Origin: Macrostomum hystrix
Taxonomy: Eukaryota > Animalia > Platyhelminthes
Assembly: GCA_950097015.1 (NCBI GenBank)
Contig: CATNEN010000007.1
Span: forward strand, 2,418,001-2,482,000
Length of the DNA: 64,000 nt
Direction of reading: 5' to 3'
The position numbers were made by a program, and so were the translations under genes. Shown here one piece after another: positions 1-11,653 of this stretch. The notes beneath the pieces were generated by a model that saw only the letters and a program-made list of their open reading frames with translations, did no database searches and was not told the origin of the DNA. Positions within the stretch are counted from its first letter, which is position 1. Each line of letters opens with the position of its first letter.

Positions 1-301
1 AGCTGCTCATTTAGTAGTCAGTTGTTAATTTCTCCTGTTAGCCTTGTCAGGATTCAATGCATTCTCAACCTGCAAGTACTTTGTTCTTGCTATGCGGACT
101 CATATTAGAAGTGATAGTTTTAGATTTGCCTCACATTATAGATTCATTCGACTCACTGAATGATCTATTTTTTAAACTAAATTCACGATATAATAAAATT
201 TTCAACAAAGTGAATGTTTCGCGTTTAAATTATCCTTTGCTGCTCATTCATAATCACGCTCACACACTAAGCATACTCACACACTCTAAAATTCAAACAT
301 G

Positions 302-2260
302 ACACACTCACCCACACGCACACCCATACACACACACACACACCCACACGCACACCCATACACACACACTCATAAACACACACACACACCCATAAACACA
401 CACACACACACCCACACGCACACCCTTACACACACACTCATAAACACACACACACACCCATAAACACACACACACACCTATAAACACACACACACACACC
501 CATAAACACACCCACACCCATAAACACACACACACACACACGCACACCCTTACACACACACACCCATAAACACACACACACACCCATAAACACACACACA
601 CACACCCATAAACACACACACACACACCCATAAACACACACACACACACACCCATAAACACACACACACACACCCATAAACACACACACACACACACTCA
701 TAAACACACACACACACACCCATTAACACACACACACACACCCATAAACACACACACACACTCATAAACACACACACACACCCATAAACACACACACACA
801 CCCATAAACACACATACACACACACCCACAAAACACACACACACACACCTATAAACACACACACACACACCCATAAACACACACACACACACCTATAAAC
901 ACACACACACACACCCATAAACCCACACACACACACCCATAAACACACACACACACACCCATAAACACACACACACACACACCCATAAACACACACACAC
1001 ACACCCATAAACACACACACACACCCATAAACACACACACACACCCATAAACACACACACACACACACCCATAAACACACACACACACCCATAAACACAC
1101 ACACACCCATAAACACACACACACACCCATAAACACACACACACACCCATAAACACACACACACACACCCATAAACACACACACACACCCATAAACACAC
1201 ACACACACACACCCATAAACACACCCACACCCATACACACACACACACACACACACACACCCAAAAACACACACACACCCATACACACACACACACACAC
1301 ACCCATAAACACACACACCCATAAACACACACACACACACATAAACACACCCACACCCATACACACACACACACACCCATAAACACACACACACACACAC
1401 ATAAACACACCCACACCCATACACACACACCCACACCCATAAACACACACACACACCCATAAACACACACACACACACCCATAAACACACACCCACACCC
1501 ATACACACACACACACACCCATAAACACACACACACACCCATAAACACACACACACACCCATAAACACACACACACACCCATAAACACACACACACACAC
1601 ACACATACACACACACACACCCATAAACACACACACACACACACATACACACACACACACCCATAAACACACACACACACACACCCATAAACACACACAC
1701 ACCCATAAACACACACACACCCATAAACACACACACACCCATAAACACACACACACACACACCCATAAACACACACACACACATAAACACACACACACCC
1801 ATACACACACACACACACACACCCATAAACACACACACACCCATAAACACACACACACACACACATAAACACACCCACACCCATACACACACACACACAC
1901 CCATAAACACACACACACACCCATAAACACACCCACACCCATACACACACACACACCCATAAACACACACACACACACACACACATAAACACACCCACAC
2001 CCATACACACACACCCACACCCATAAACACACACACACACCCATAAACACACACACACACCCATAAACACACACCCACACCCATACACACACACACACAC
2101 ACACCCATAAACACACACACACACGCATAAACACACACACACCCATAAACACACACACACACCCATAAACACACACACACCCATAAACACACCCACACCC
2201 ATAAACACACACACACACACCCATAAACACACACACACCCATAAACACACACACACACAC
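302..2260. repeat. Compound (CA)n / CCCATAAA(CA)n microsatellite-minisatellite array
   Basis: Continuous CA runs punctuated by CCCATAAA or CCCATA. It produces the spurious CVCV-rich minus-strand ORFs. Confidence 0.97.
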
Positions 2261-2879
2261 AGAAAAGAATTCGCACCAAAGTCCGCTCGCACCAGATCTG
2301 AAATGCCTGGCCAGGTGTGGCAGACAAAAATGTGGACATTGGCGGACACAAGGAAAGCCTTGTGGATGGTATTTCAGTGTTGATTCGCCAGCTTCAGGAA
2401 CCTGAAAACTGCGTCCCGCGTCGCTTTCCCATTTCGTCGCCTCCGAACCACAGAGGAATTCACGTGACTCCGAGGGACAAAAATGTTTTTTAAAACGGAC
2501 GTTAATGTCAAAGCATCATCGTTGCAAAAGCGTAGTAACCGAAGAATGAGGGCTGGAAGGTTTGTGCATTTCGAAGAGTCCTGCATTCTGATCTGAACTA
2601 CAACAAACTAATTCGCATTTTCTTTGCAGAATTGAATTTTTGGAACGCCAAATCACACGAGCGCCATTCTAAGAATGACCTGTCCTTCTCCACGGCCAAC
2701 TCTCACAATCTACTGCAACCATCTCTTACTTTCCCAACATGCTTTTCCTTCTTCCTCCTATCCTACCCCCTTACCTCCCTCTCATACGATTTATCCCTCG
2801 TACATATCCTTAAAATCGCCCTCTCTCACCCCTCATCCATTCACTCCTTTCTTCCCCTCTGCCTCTCATCACATCAAAT

Positions 2880-4010
2880 AACCTCTCATCAACTTCTCTC
2901 TCTCATCGTCTCTCGTCTCCTCTCATCCCATCTCATCCCATCTCATCCCCTCTCACCCCATCTCATTCCCTCTCAACCCCTCGCATCCCCTCGCAGCCCA
3001 TCTCATCCCTCTCATACCGTATCACCCCATCTCATCCCCTCTCATTCTCATCCCCTCTCATCTCCTCTCATCCCATATCATCCCCTCTCATACCGTATCA
3101 CTCCATCTCATCCCCTCTCATCTCCTCTCACCCCATCTCATCCCCTCTCATCCCTCTCATACTGTATCACCCCATCTCATCCCCTCTCATCCCCTCTCAT
3201 TCTCATCTCCTCTCATCCCATCTCATACCCTCTTATCCCCTCTCATACCGTAAACACACACACACACCCATAAACACACACACACACCCATAAACACACA
3301 CACACACACACCCATAAACACACACACACACCCATAAACACACACACACCCATAAACACACACACACACCCATAAACACACACACACACCCATAAACACA
3401 CACACACACACCCATAAACACACACACACACCCATAAACACACACACACACACACCCATAAACACACCCACACCCATACACACACACACACACACACACA
3501 CACCCAAAAACACACACACACCCATACACACACACACACACACACCCATAAACACACACACCCATAAACACACACACACACACATAAACACACCCACACC
3601 CATACACACACACACACACCCATAAACACACACACACACACACATAAACACACCCACACCCATACACACACACCCACACCCATAAACACACACACACACC
3701 CATAAACACACACACACACACCCATAAACACACACCCACACCCATACACACACACACACACCCATAAACACACACACACACCCATAAACACACCCACACC
3801 CATACACACACACACACCCATAAACACACACACACACACACACACATACCCCATCTCATCCTCTCTCATTCTCATCCCCTCTTATCCACTCTCATCCACT
3901 CTCACCCCTCTACCTCGCATCCTCTCTCCCTCTGATCCCTCTGGTTCTCACCCCTCTGCCTATTATCCCCTTTCCCCTTTCATCCCTTCTCCTTCTGACC
4001 CCTCACCTTT
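2880..4010. repeat. Pyrimidine-rich CATCTCATCCCCT-type degenerate repeat, interrupted at about 3250-3846 by a CCCATAAA(CA)n block
   Basis: Visible repeated catctcatcccct(ct) units on both sides of a CA-array segment. Confidence 0.9.
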
Positions 4011-4509
4011 CAAGAGGACTCCATTCCCAAACTTGCCTCTAAAAAGCGAACAATTCGGTAAGATTGGAGCGAGTGTAAGCAAGATGTGCATCGCCCGCAT
4101 TCCGCAGCAAATCTGAAGCTAAACAGCCGTCATCGATTTTTTCAGCGAAACGCGGAGTGGGATTCGGGGAAAAGACGCGGTGCAAAAGGGGATTGCAGCG
4201 GTTCGTAAACAAAGGCTTCGTGGATCTAGAGAGAGATTGGCAGGGGAGGTGGGGTGGGTGCCGCAGCAGCGACAGACGCATTGACATAGATTTTGCCATA
4301 GCCTCCAATGGCAGCAGTGCCAGCAAAGGATCCAAGCGGCAGTGCTAAAAATAGATTTGGCACTGGGGTGGGTGGGTGAATTCAGCCTGCTGACTAACCC
4401 AGCTGAAGCTTATAGGGGCCCAATTCTGTGTCTCGCTAACCATTCGATTCCACAAGTTCTGTAGCGACGATTTCAGCACATTTTTTGTCCAACATTTTTT
4501 TCACAAGCC

Positions 4510-6008
4510 ATGCCTTTTAAGGTAAGGAAACTATTGATAACTTTAGTGAAGTTCTAACAGAGCTTTCAAATCGAATAACACAGGTACTAATAGTAATTAT
4601 AGTTATTATTATGATAATGGCAGGAGGGCTGCGGGCAATGGCACATCATTTGGTGACACTTGACCCCCAGCCAGTGAGGAGGCAATTCTGCCCATTTCGC
4701 TGACTCCTGAGCACACACGCACACAGATACTGTACGCTCACACAGGTGTGTACATCTGCCCTGACTCTCTCATCGTCAGGCAGTGTACACTCTCACCGTG
4801 CACCCAAGCCTTCTCTCCGCAGCTGCAGCCCAAATAAATGTGGCCTCGCCGCGGAATCGAGCTTAGAGACCTTGGTGCGTGAGGCGAACGCGTTAGCCAC
4901 CGACCCCCAAAACAGAGGTGCCGACGTGTGTTTAAACTTGAATTTTCCTTAATACCTCTACGACGTCTCCCTTGAATTATCCGACGCACTCAGGCCCCGG
5001 AGACTGAGAAGTGCGTCCGTTGCACTAAGAGTGTCTACGCAGCCGAGAGAATGGAGGCAGGCGGCAGGATCTGGCACAAGATGTGCTTCCGCTGCAAGGA
5101 GTGCGACATGAAGCTCAAGTGAGCACAGAGCTGTTGGATGGCAGCATGACTGCCATGACTGCATGATTGCCAAGAACTAAACTTAGGTCTTGGGCCTAAA
5201 ATCTCCACTCCCTCACCTGCCCTCTCTTCCCTCCCTCACCTGCTCTCTCTCTTCCCTCCCTCACCTGCTCTCTCTTCCCTCCCTCACCTGCTCTCTCTTC
5301 CCTCCCTCACCTGCTCTCTCTTCCCTCCCTCACCTGCCCTCTCTTCCCTCCCTCACCTGCTCTCTCTTCCCTCCCTCACCTGCTCTCTCTTCCCTCCCTC
5401 ACCTGCTCTCTCTTCCCTCCCTCACCTGCTCTCTCTTCCCTCCCTCACCTGCCCTCTCTTCCCTGCCTCACCTGCCCTCTCTTCCCTCCCTCACCTGCTC
5501 TCTCTTCCCTCCCTCACCTGCTCTCTCTTCCCTCCCTCACCTGCTCTCTCTTCCCTCCCTCACCTGCTCTCTCTTCCATCCCTCACCTGCTCTCTCTTCC
5601 CTCCCTCACCTGCTCTCTCTTCCATCCCTCACCTGCTCTCTCTTCCCTCCCTCTCCTGCTCTCTCTTCCATCCCTCACCTGCTCTCTCTTCCCTCCCTCA
5701 CCTGCTCTCTCTTCCATCCGTCACCTCACCTCTCTTCGCTCTCTCTCCTGCCTCACCAGCCCAATCTTTCTCTGCAAGTCTCTCTTACCTTTCTGATCGT
5801 CCTCGGTCTACCTTGTCTTTCTCGCGCCACTCTTCCAATTGTTTCTTTTACGCTCGTAGCATCTTTTAACATGGGGAAATAAAAAATTGGCACCTGACAT
5901 CTCCGCAGCCTCAACAACTATGCCCAAAACGAGGGCACACTGTACTGCAAGACCCACTACAACAAGCTGGTTGTGGCGCCGAACACGCAGACCCCGAACT
6001 GCGCCTGA
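4510..6008 (+). CDS. Small single-LIM-domain protein, muscle LIM protein Mlp60A / cysteine-rich protein (CRP) type, 78 aa, 3 exons
   Basis: Exons 4510-4521 (ATGCCTTTTAAG|gtaagg), 4994-5118 (cag|GCC...CTCAA|gtgagc) and 5909-6008 (ctccgcag|C...TGA) have compatible phases. They give [78 protein letters not shown], with a full LIM pattern and the CRP-type KSVYAAE motif. Confidence 0.92.
4619..4910 (-). mobile_element. tRNA-derived SINE family A (tRNA-Val-like head), in LIM intron 1
   Basis: Closely similar to 12713-13065 and 26905-27285. The reverse complement begins tcggtggctaacgcgttcgcctcacgcaccaaggtctctaagctcgattccgcgg, with A-box- and B-box-like motifs. Confidence 0.8.
5208..5735. repeat. 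23-bp minisatellite CTCACCTGCTCTCTCTTCCCTCC in LIM intron 2
   Basis: Roughly 22 tandem units visible. Confidence 0.95.
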
Positions 6009-7039
6009 ACCCGGCGCCCAGGTGTCAGGGACTTGACAAATACTTTCTGACTGACTGGAGCTGGCTGCAATGCGTTAAATATTTATACAGTGACCCTTTG
6101 TTTGAAAAATTCATAATAACTGCATATTATCAATTTCAATGCGCTATTGAAAGTGGGCCCTCATTTAGCTTAGAGATCACATTTTAAAGATACTCGTAGT
6201 AATTTTATAGCAGCTTATTTCTACATCGGTGTCTTATTACAACTCAATTCACTTTTATTAAATAACAATGTGTAAATACAGTAAATACGGTAATGCTTTC
6301 TCTAGAAAAGCGAGTCTTACGAGTATATTATTACTATCACTGCTACGTGTCTTCACATTGGATGCAATTTTTCAGCTCCAGAAACATGTACAAGCTGCAG
6401 TGCTTCAATGATATGCATGCACTTCTCTGCGATCAGAAAGAAAGAAAAAATTACAAAAATATTAAATTGAAGATTTGCTAGACTTAGTGAGAAGCATTTT
6501 TGTCTGAGCTAAAGTCTAATACTAGCCTATTTATATGCGATTTTTGATCCACAATTCAACAGCTGAAATACTTTTTGGTATAGAAAATTAGACTTTCTAT
6601 CTAGCCCGCAGATAGAATATTCAACTAGTTTTCTGAAGCTATTTTGTGACCTTCTGCTGGGCTGTGGCACAACGGGCATTAATTAGAGGCTTACTTTGTG
6701 GCACAATATGCAACCAGAAACCAAATTTATGCAGTGAATGTCTGCGTCAGCCGGTAAAAGGTAAACTATTTCATATACAATGTGTCTAAACAGGTGCGAA
6801 CGACCTAGACGAGAAAATAAGTCATTTATTTGAACAAGCCTATACGAGCGTAATGAATAGAAACCACCCAATTCAGAGTCTATTCGTTAAAGCAACCCGA
6901 CCACTTCTGATTGATGTATAAACGAATACTGAGTGACATAGTCACATCCTTTTAGTGATTGGTTTTAACTTTCCGCTTTTGTGTTATAATTAATTTGTTT
7001 TAATCGTTTATTTACTAATGGTTCTTCTTTTACTTCCAT

Positions 7040-7240
7040 GGAGTTTTGTGGGCAGTGGCACACCATGAAGATACAGTCGACCCACAGCCGGTGAGGAGGC
7101 AGTTTTGTAAGGCCATCCTGCTGACACTGAACCAGCGGGTAAATCTATTAGAACGCACACATTCGTACAGGTGTGTACACCTGACCTGGACTTCGCAGCG
7201 TACACTCAAGCGGAGCCTCGGATGTTGGCCAAGCTTACGG
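7040..7240 (-). mobile_element. Degraded SINE family A body fragment
   Basis: Retains gtgaggaggca, caggtgtgtacacctg and gtacactc motifs in the same order as the 4619-4910 copy. Confidence 0.45.
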
Positions 7241-7753
7241 ACGCAAAACAAGACAGCAAAGTTTTGATAAAGGTAAATAAGCACTTGAAGCATGACAATA
7301 AGCACGTATTTTTTAGTTGTAACGAAACAATTGTAAACAATTAAGTTTATTTTGCGAAAACCAAATCAGCTTTGGCAACTGAAATAGACAAATAGGATAA
7401 AATTTCGAATAAAATCATCTTTACAATACAACTTGAAGTAAAATACTAATTCTCGTGATAAGGTCGAAAAATTTTAATTAAATCTGACTACAAAGAAAAT
7501 TGACTATGATTAACAATATATCTAAACATTGGCACTTAAATTAAGTGAGGCCTGCGTCAAAAGACACATCACTGTTACATTTTGAATAGGCTTGGGTGGT
7601 ATTTTGACTTTGGCTGACACCAAACTTTGGTAGTTGATGCATCCGAGCAAAGTCAAACACGGGCCTCACTGTATGGAGGACAGATTCCTCTTACAGAGAC
7701 AATGAAACTAATCTGTCTGGTCAAGGTCATTTGATTGCCATAAGTAATGTTTG

Positions 7754-8014
7754 TCACTGATCAGCCGAGATTGGCTTGAAGTCCAGCTGACAGACGCGAC
7801 AGTGCAAGACGGGACTGTCTGGCGAGAGGCAGCAGCCGCCCAGCCGCACGCGACCAGCTTCGGCTTTGTCCAACAGCTCCTGACTGGGCCGGCCATAGAC
7901 TATGGGCACAATGTCCGGCAGCGGAGAATCTATATCCTCCACATCGGCCGGCGTGAACTGGCGACTGCACTTTGGACAGCGCGAGTCAGGATGAGCTGAC
8001 GGCTGCTCACTCAT
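7754..8014 (-). CDS. Small Cys-rich putative metal-binding protein, PIVYG/LGGCC family, paralog C (86 aa from ATG 8014)
   Basis: Intronless ORF MSEQPSAHPDSRCPKC...PIVYGRP...LGGCC...HCRVCQLDF with GC-rich coding-like composition. The motif spacing is identical in two neighbouring ORFs. Confidence 0.85.
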   Translation of the reverse strand: MSEQPSAHPDSRCPKCSRQFTPADVEDIDSPLPDIVPIVYGRPSQELLDKAEAGRVRLGGCCLSPDSPVLHCRVCQLDFKPISADQ

Positions 8015-8370
8015 CACTGCTCAGCTGCGGAGGTAGGTAGTGTGACGTAGGTTAAGGTTCACTACACTACATCGCTGATAGACCCATTTGGCCCAGATGT
8101 AGAGCCAGTGGTACAGCCGCAGCTAATGCACGGCGCTTCCAGTGGCTGTGTACTGCCGTTCAGTCCGTGGACTGTTTGGTCGATAAGATTGACTTTTTAT
8201 ATTAAACAAAATACAAAAAACAAGATAAAAGTAACTTGTTTTAATCCTGAAATATCAAAATATATTTAGCTGAAAAGGCGGTATAAAAATAAATTTAACA
8301 ATAATTTTTATCACAGACAGTAGATTAAGGATAAGAGGCCAGGTCAGGGTAGAGCCAGTAGACTCAGAAG

Positions 8371-8598
8371 CTACTCAGTCGTCAATGGTCTGTAGTTGAG
8401 CTTGCAGGCTTTGCAGTGCCAAGTCGGTGAGTTCACAGACACGCAGCAGCCGCCGAGCTTGATGGCGCCCGAGTCGGCCTGGGATCTCATGTCGAAATCC
8501 GGATAGCCATAGACAATTGGCACCGCCTGGTCGGGGCTGCCGCACTGGGGGCACGGCTGTCTCCGCTCAGGCTTTGCAGCCGACTCCTTCTCGCTCAT
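8371..8598 (-). CDS. Small Cys-rich putative metal-binding protein, PIVYG/LGGCC family, paralog B (75 aa)
   Basis: Intronless ORF with CPQC...PIVYGYP...LGGCC...HCKACKLNY. Confidence 0.87.
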   Translation of the reverse strand: MSEKESAAKPERRQPCPQCGSPDQAVPIVYGYPDFDMRSQADSGAIKLGGCCVSVNSPTWHCKACKLNYRPLTTE

Positions 8599-8852
8599 AT
8601 CGTTTCTCTCTTAATCGCTAAAACATTTAGAGAGCGACTTTTATTGCTGCTTCAAGCTGAGATGAGACTTTTTTCAAGTTTGAGGTGACACCGTTCTCTA
8701 GGGTAATCTATACCCAACGATAATTTGGACTCTATCTAACAAATCTAGTGATAATTTTATTACGATATCCCTAAAATCAATGGGAAATTGGTAGTCTGGG
8801 CTTAGAATAATTCTAGGGATAATTTGCAATTAACAAAAGACCACGGTATTTC

Positions 8853-8910
8853 CCCCTGGCGGAAGACCATGGGGTTATTGAGATTTTCGTGAAGGTCCAC
8901 CATATGGATT
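8853..8910. mobile_element. Deleted derivative of the CCCCTGG-ended MITE-like family
   Basis: cccctggcggaagaccatggggttatt...ttttcgtgaaggtccaccat matches the terminus and an internal motif of the 59205-59752 element. Confidence 0.45.
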
Positions 8911-9265
8911 ATGGCCTAGGAACGGCTGAGGACGCGTTTCTTGGCCGAGGCGAAGCCGAAGCTGAATATTATAGAAGATACAGAAAAAATTAAAATGAGG
9001 GCATTTGAAACACCCCCATGGTATTTTAACTGTAAAGAGATTAAGAGATCCCAAAGTCGAGAGGTACATTTTTATTTGGACCGCTAAAATTGAGGAAAAT
9101 TAGAATGAGTCTAGAATCCGAAAAAACGAGGGATTTAGAAAACTTAGGAATACAGAGAACTGTAAAAAGCTGAGGTCGCAAAAAATTATGGGATAATATG
9201 TCATCTAAAATAGTATAAATATACTACTGCCTGGGGTAAAAATATATGCATAACTCACAAACATA

Positions 9266-9575
9266 ATAATAATTGAATAATAATTGATTACACCTGCCCC
9301 AATTGGGTCAGATGTGCAGCGACAGCACAGCCGCAGCTAATGCGCGGCGCATCTGAAGGCTGCGTACAGCTGTTCAGTCCATGGACTGGGGGGACGCCAC
9401 ACCCACCTTCAATTATCCCAGCTGATGCTGGTACCCATTTAACAGCTGGGTGAACTGAAGCAATGCAGAGTTAAGTGTCTTGCTAAAGGACACAAATTGT
9501 TCAGGGGAGTCGGGAATCGAACCCCCGACCTTCAAGTCGTGAGTCCGACGCCCTAACCACTAGGTTACAACCTCT
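9266..9575 (-). mobile_element. CORE-type SINE family B (tRNA-Met-like head, CORE-like domain, AT-rich tail)
   Basis: The reverse complement has tagtggttagggcgtcggactcacgacttgaaggtcgggggttcgattccc (A and B boxes), followed by tgtgtcctttagcaagacacttaactctgcattgcttcagttcacccagctgttaaatggg, which resembles the MIR CORE. Further copies at 15059-15358 and 55741-56005. Confidence 0.85.
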
Positions 9576-9759
9576 TCACAAACATATATTCACAAAAAAA
9601 TTGGGGATAATATGCGATCAGAAGAACAAAAAACTTGAGGTTGAGGAATGAGGTTTCAATAGCAAAATTTAAAATAAAAAAGCAAGCAATGGTAACAGAA
9701 ATATCTAGGACGCGGATAGTATATCACAGCAGAATAGAGAAGCTCAATTTTTTTGTCGC

Positions 9760-9960
9760 TTAAAAGTCCAATTTGCAAGCAGCGCAATGGCTCCCAGGAC
9801 TGTCATTGTCCACGCAACAGCCGCCAAGTTTCACTTCGCCAGCCTTGGCTTTAGCCATCAGCTTAGGAGCCGGTTTGCCATAGACGATGGGCAGCACGTG
9901 CTGGCTGGTCTTGCAGTTCGGGCACTCTGGCTTGTCAGATTTGCCAGCGGGATTGTTCAT
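9760..9960 (-). CDS. Small Cys-rich putative metal-binding protein, PIVYG/LGGCC family, paralog A (66 aa)
   Basis: Intronless ORF with CPNC...PIVYGKP...LGGCC...HCAACKLDF. Confidence 0.87.
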   Translation of the reverse strand: MNNPAGKSDKPECPNCKTSQHVLPIVYGKPAPKLMAKAKAGEVKLGGCCVDNDSPGSHCAACKLDF

Positions 9961-10015
9961 TGTGCTCGCTGGAGTTTTTATTATTAATTAGAGTAAGGTT
10001 CAGCCATAGAATCTA

Positions 10016-10256
10016 TTTTACACTCAGGGCTAACCATGGATGAAGGAATACACTGGATTGTTCATCTGAAATAGTCTATGGTTCTTCTTATATGCATCCT
10101 TCTCTCTGCAGCTCTGGATTATTTTTTACTTTCATCAGCCAATTGATTTCTAGGGGGGTAATTTCCAAGTTTGGAGGAAAGAACTCGACCATAGACTATT
10201 TCAGATGAGCAATCCAGTATATTGCTTCATCCATGGGGCTAACCATGAGTGTAAAA
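10016..10256. mobile_element. MITE-like element with ~68-bp inverted arms, TA|CACTCA...TGAGTG|TA
   Basis: 10016-10083 is an imperfect reverse complement of 10188-10256 (ccatggatgaag..ata.actggattg.tcatctgaaatagtctatgg). Confidence 0.75.
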
Positions 10257-10811
10257 ACTTTGAATTGGCTGTCAAAGTGGACCTACTGTCAGCATCGTTA
10301 ATTACCTCGATGATCTTTGGCACTCATTTCAGTTCTCAGCTGTTTCTCAGTTGTTGCTCATTTATCTACCATTCAACTGCTAGGCTAACAGAATGAAAAT
10401 TTTCTTTTCGAGTCGGATTTTCAATTCGAAAGCAATCATGAATCAATTAATAGATGTATTTCAAATAAAAAATAAATAATGAACTGCAGCACACTTGCAA
10501 AATTATACTACTATTAGTAGTATGAAAGTTCACAGGAAACGGGTACCATGAGTCCAAGGACATGAATCAGATAATCTGACTAAGCATTATTCAGCATTAG
10601 CTTGCTAGGCGTAGTTATGGGATAGGGGGAACGGATGACTCAATGGTTCAATAGAGGAAACTCAGGCAGTGCTAATCAGTAAACTGGACTGAGCAACTAT
10701 ATAGAGAAAATAATAGCTGGATAAGATTAGTACTAAAGTAGTAGATATTGCGTCAAATAATTATACGCATACTCTTCAAAACTACTCTCCTAATACTGTC
10801 TAACTTCTCAT

Positions 10812-11643
10812 TCTATCACTCCACCCCCTTTACATCCTCACTCTACCCCCTTTACATCCTCACTCTACCCCCTTTACATCCTCACTCTACCCCCTTTACA
10901 TCCTCACTCTACCCCCTTTACATCCTCACTCTACTCCCTTTACATCCTCACTCTACTCCCTTTACATCCTCACTCTACTCCCTTTACATCCTCACTCTAC
11001 CCCCTTTACATCCTCACTCTACCCCCTTTACATCCTCACTCTACCCCTTTACATCCTCACTCTACCCCCTTTACATCCTCACTCTACCCCCTTTACATCC
11101 TCACTCTACCCCCTTTACATCCTCACTCTACTCCCTTTACATCCTCACTATACTCCCTTTACATCCTCACTCTACCCCCTTTACATCCTCACTCTACCCC
11201 CTTTACATCCTCACTCTACTCCCTTTACATCCTCACTATACTCCCTTTACATCCTCACTCTACTCCCTTTACATCCTCACTCTACTCCCTTTACATCCTC
11301 ACTCTACTCCCTTTACATCCTCACTCTACTCCCTTTACATCCTCACTCTACTCCCTTTACATCCTCACTCTACCCCCTTTACATCCTCACTCTACCCCCT
11401 TTACATCCTCACTCTACTACCCCCTTTACATCCTCACTCTACCCCCTTTACATCCTCACTCTACCCCCTTTACATCCTCACTCTACCCCTTTACATCCTC
11501 ACTCTACCCCCTTTACATCCTCACTCTACCCCCTTTACATCCTCACTCTACCCCCTTTACATCCTCACTCTACTCCCTTTACATCCTCACTCTACTCCCT
11601 TTACATCCTCAATCTACCCCCTTTACATCCTCAATCTACCCCC
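10812..11643. repeat. 22-bp minisatellite TTTACATCCTCACTCTACCCCC just downstream of the APEH stop codon
   Basis: About 37 tandem units with C/T variants and occasional indels. Confidence 0.96.
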
Positions 11644-11653
11644 ATATCGGCTC

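Noticed and set aside
2261-2700. Unique exon-like island between repeats
   Set aside because: Acceptor-like sites and short open frames exist, but no consistent exon chain or recognisable motif could be built.
308-3875. Long Cys/Val-rich minus-strand ORFs (up to 599 aa)
   Set aside because: All three frames are open because (TG)n-rich repeats lack stops.
4039-4348. GC-richer island with short ORFs upstream of the LIM gene
   Set aside because: No motif or convincing splice pair; more likely 5' UTR or promoter sequence.
9500-9575. tRNA genes at the SINE heads (also 4850-4905, 15290-15358, 55741-55812)
   Set aside because: The acceptor and anticodon stems do not pair fully, and each head continues into a shared SINE body.
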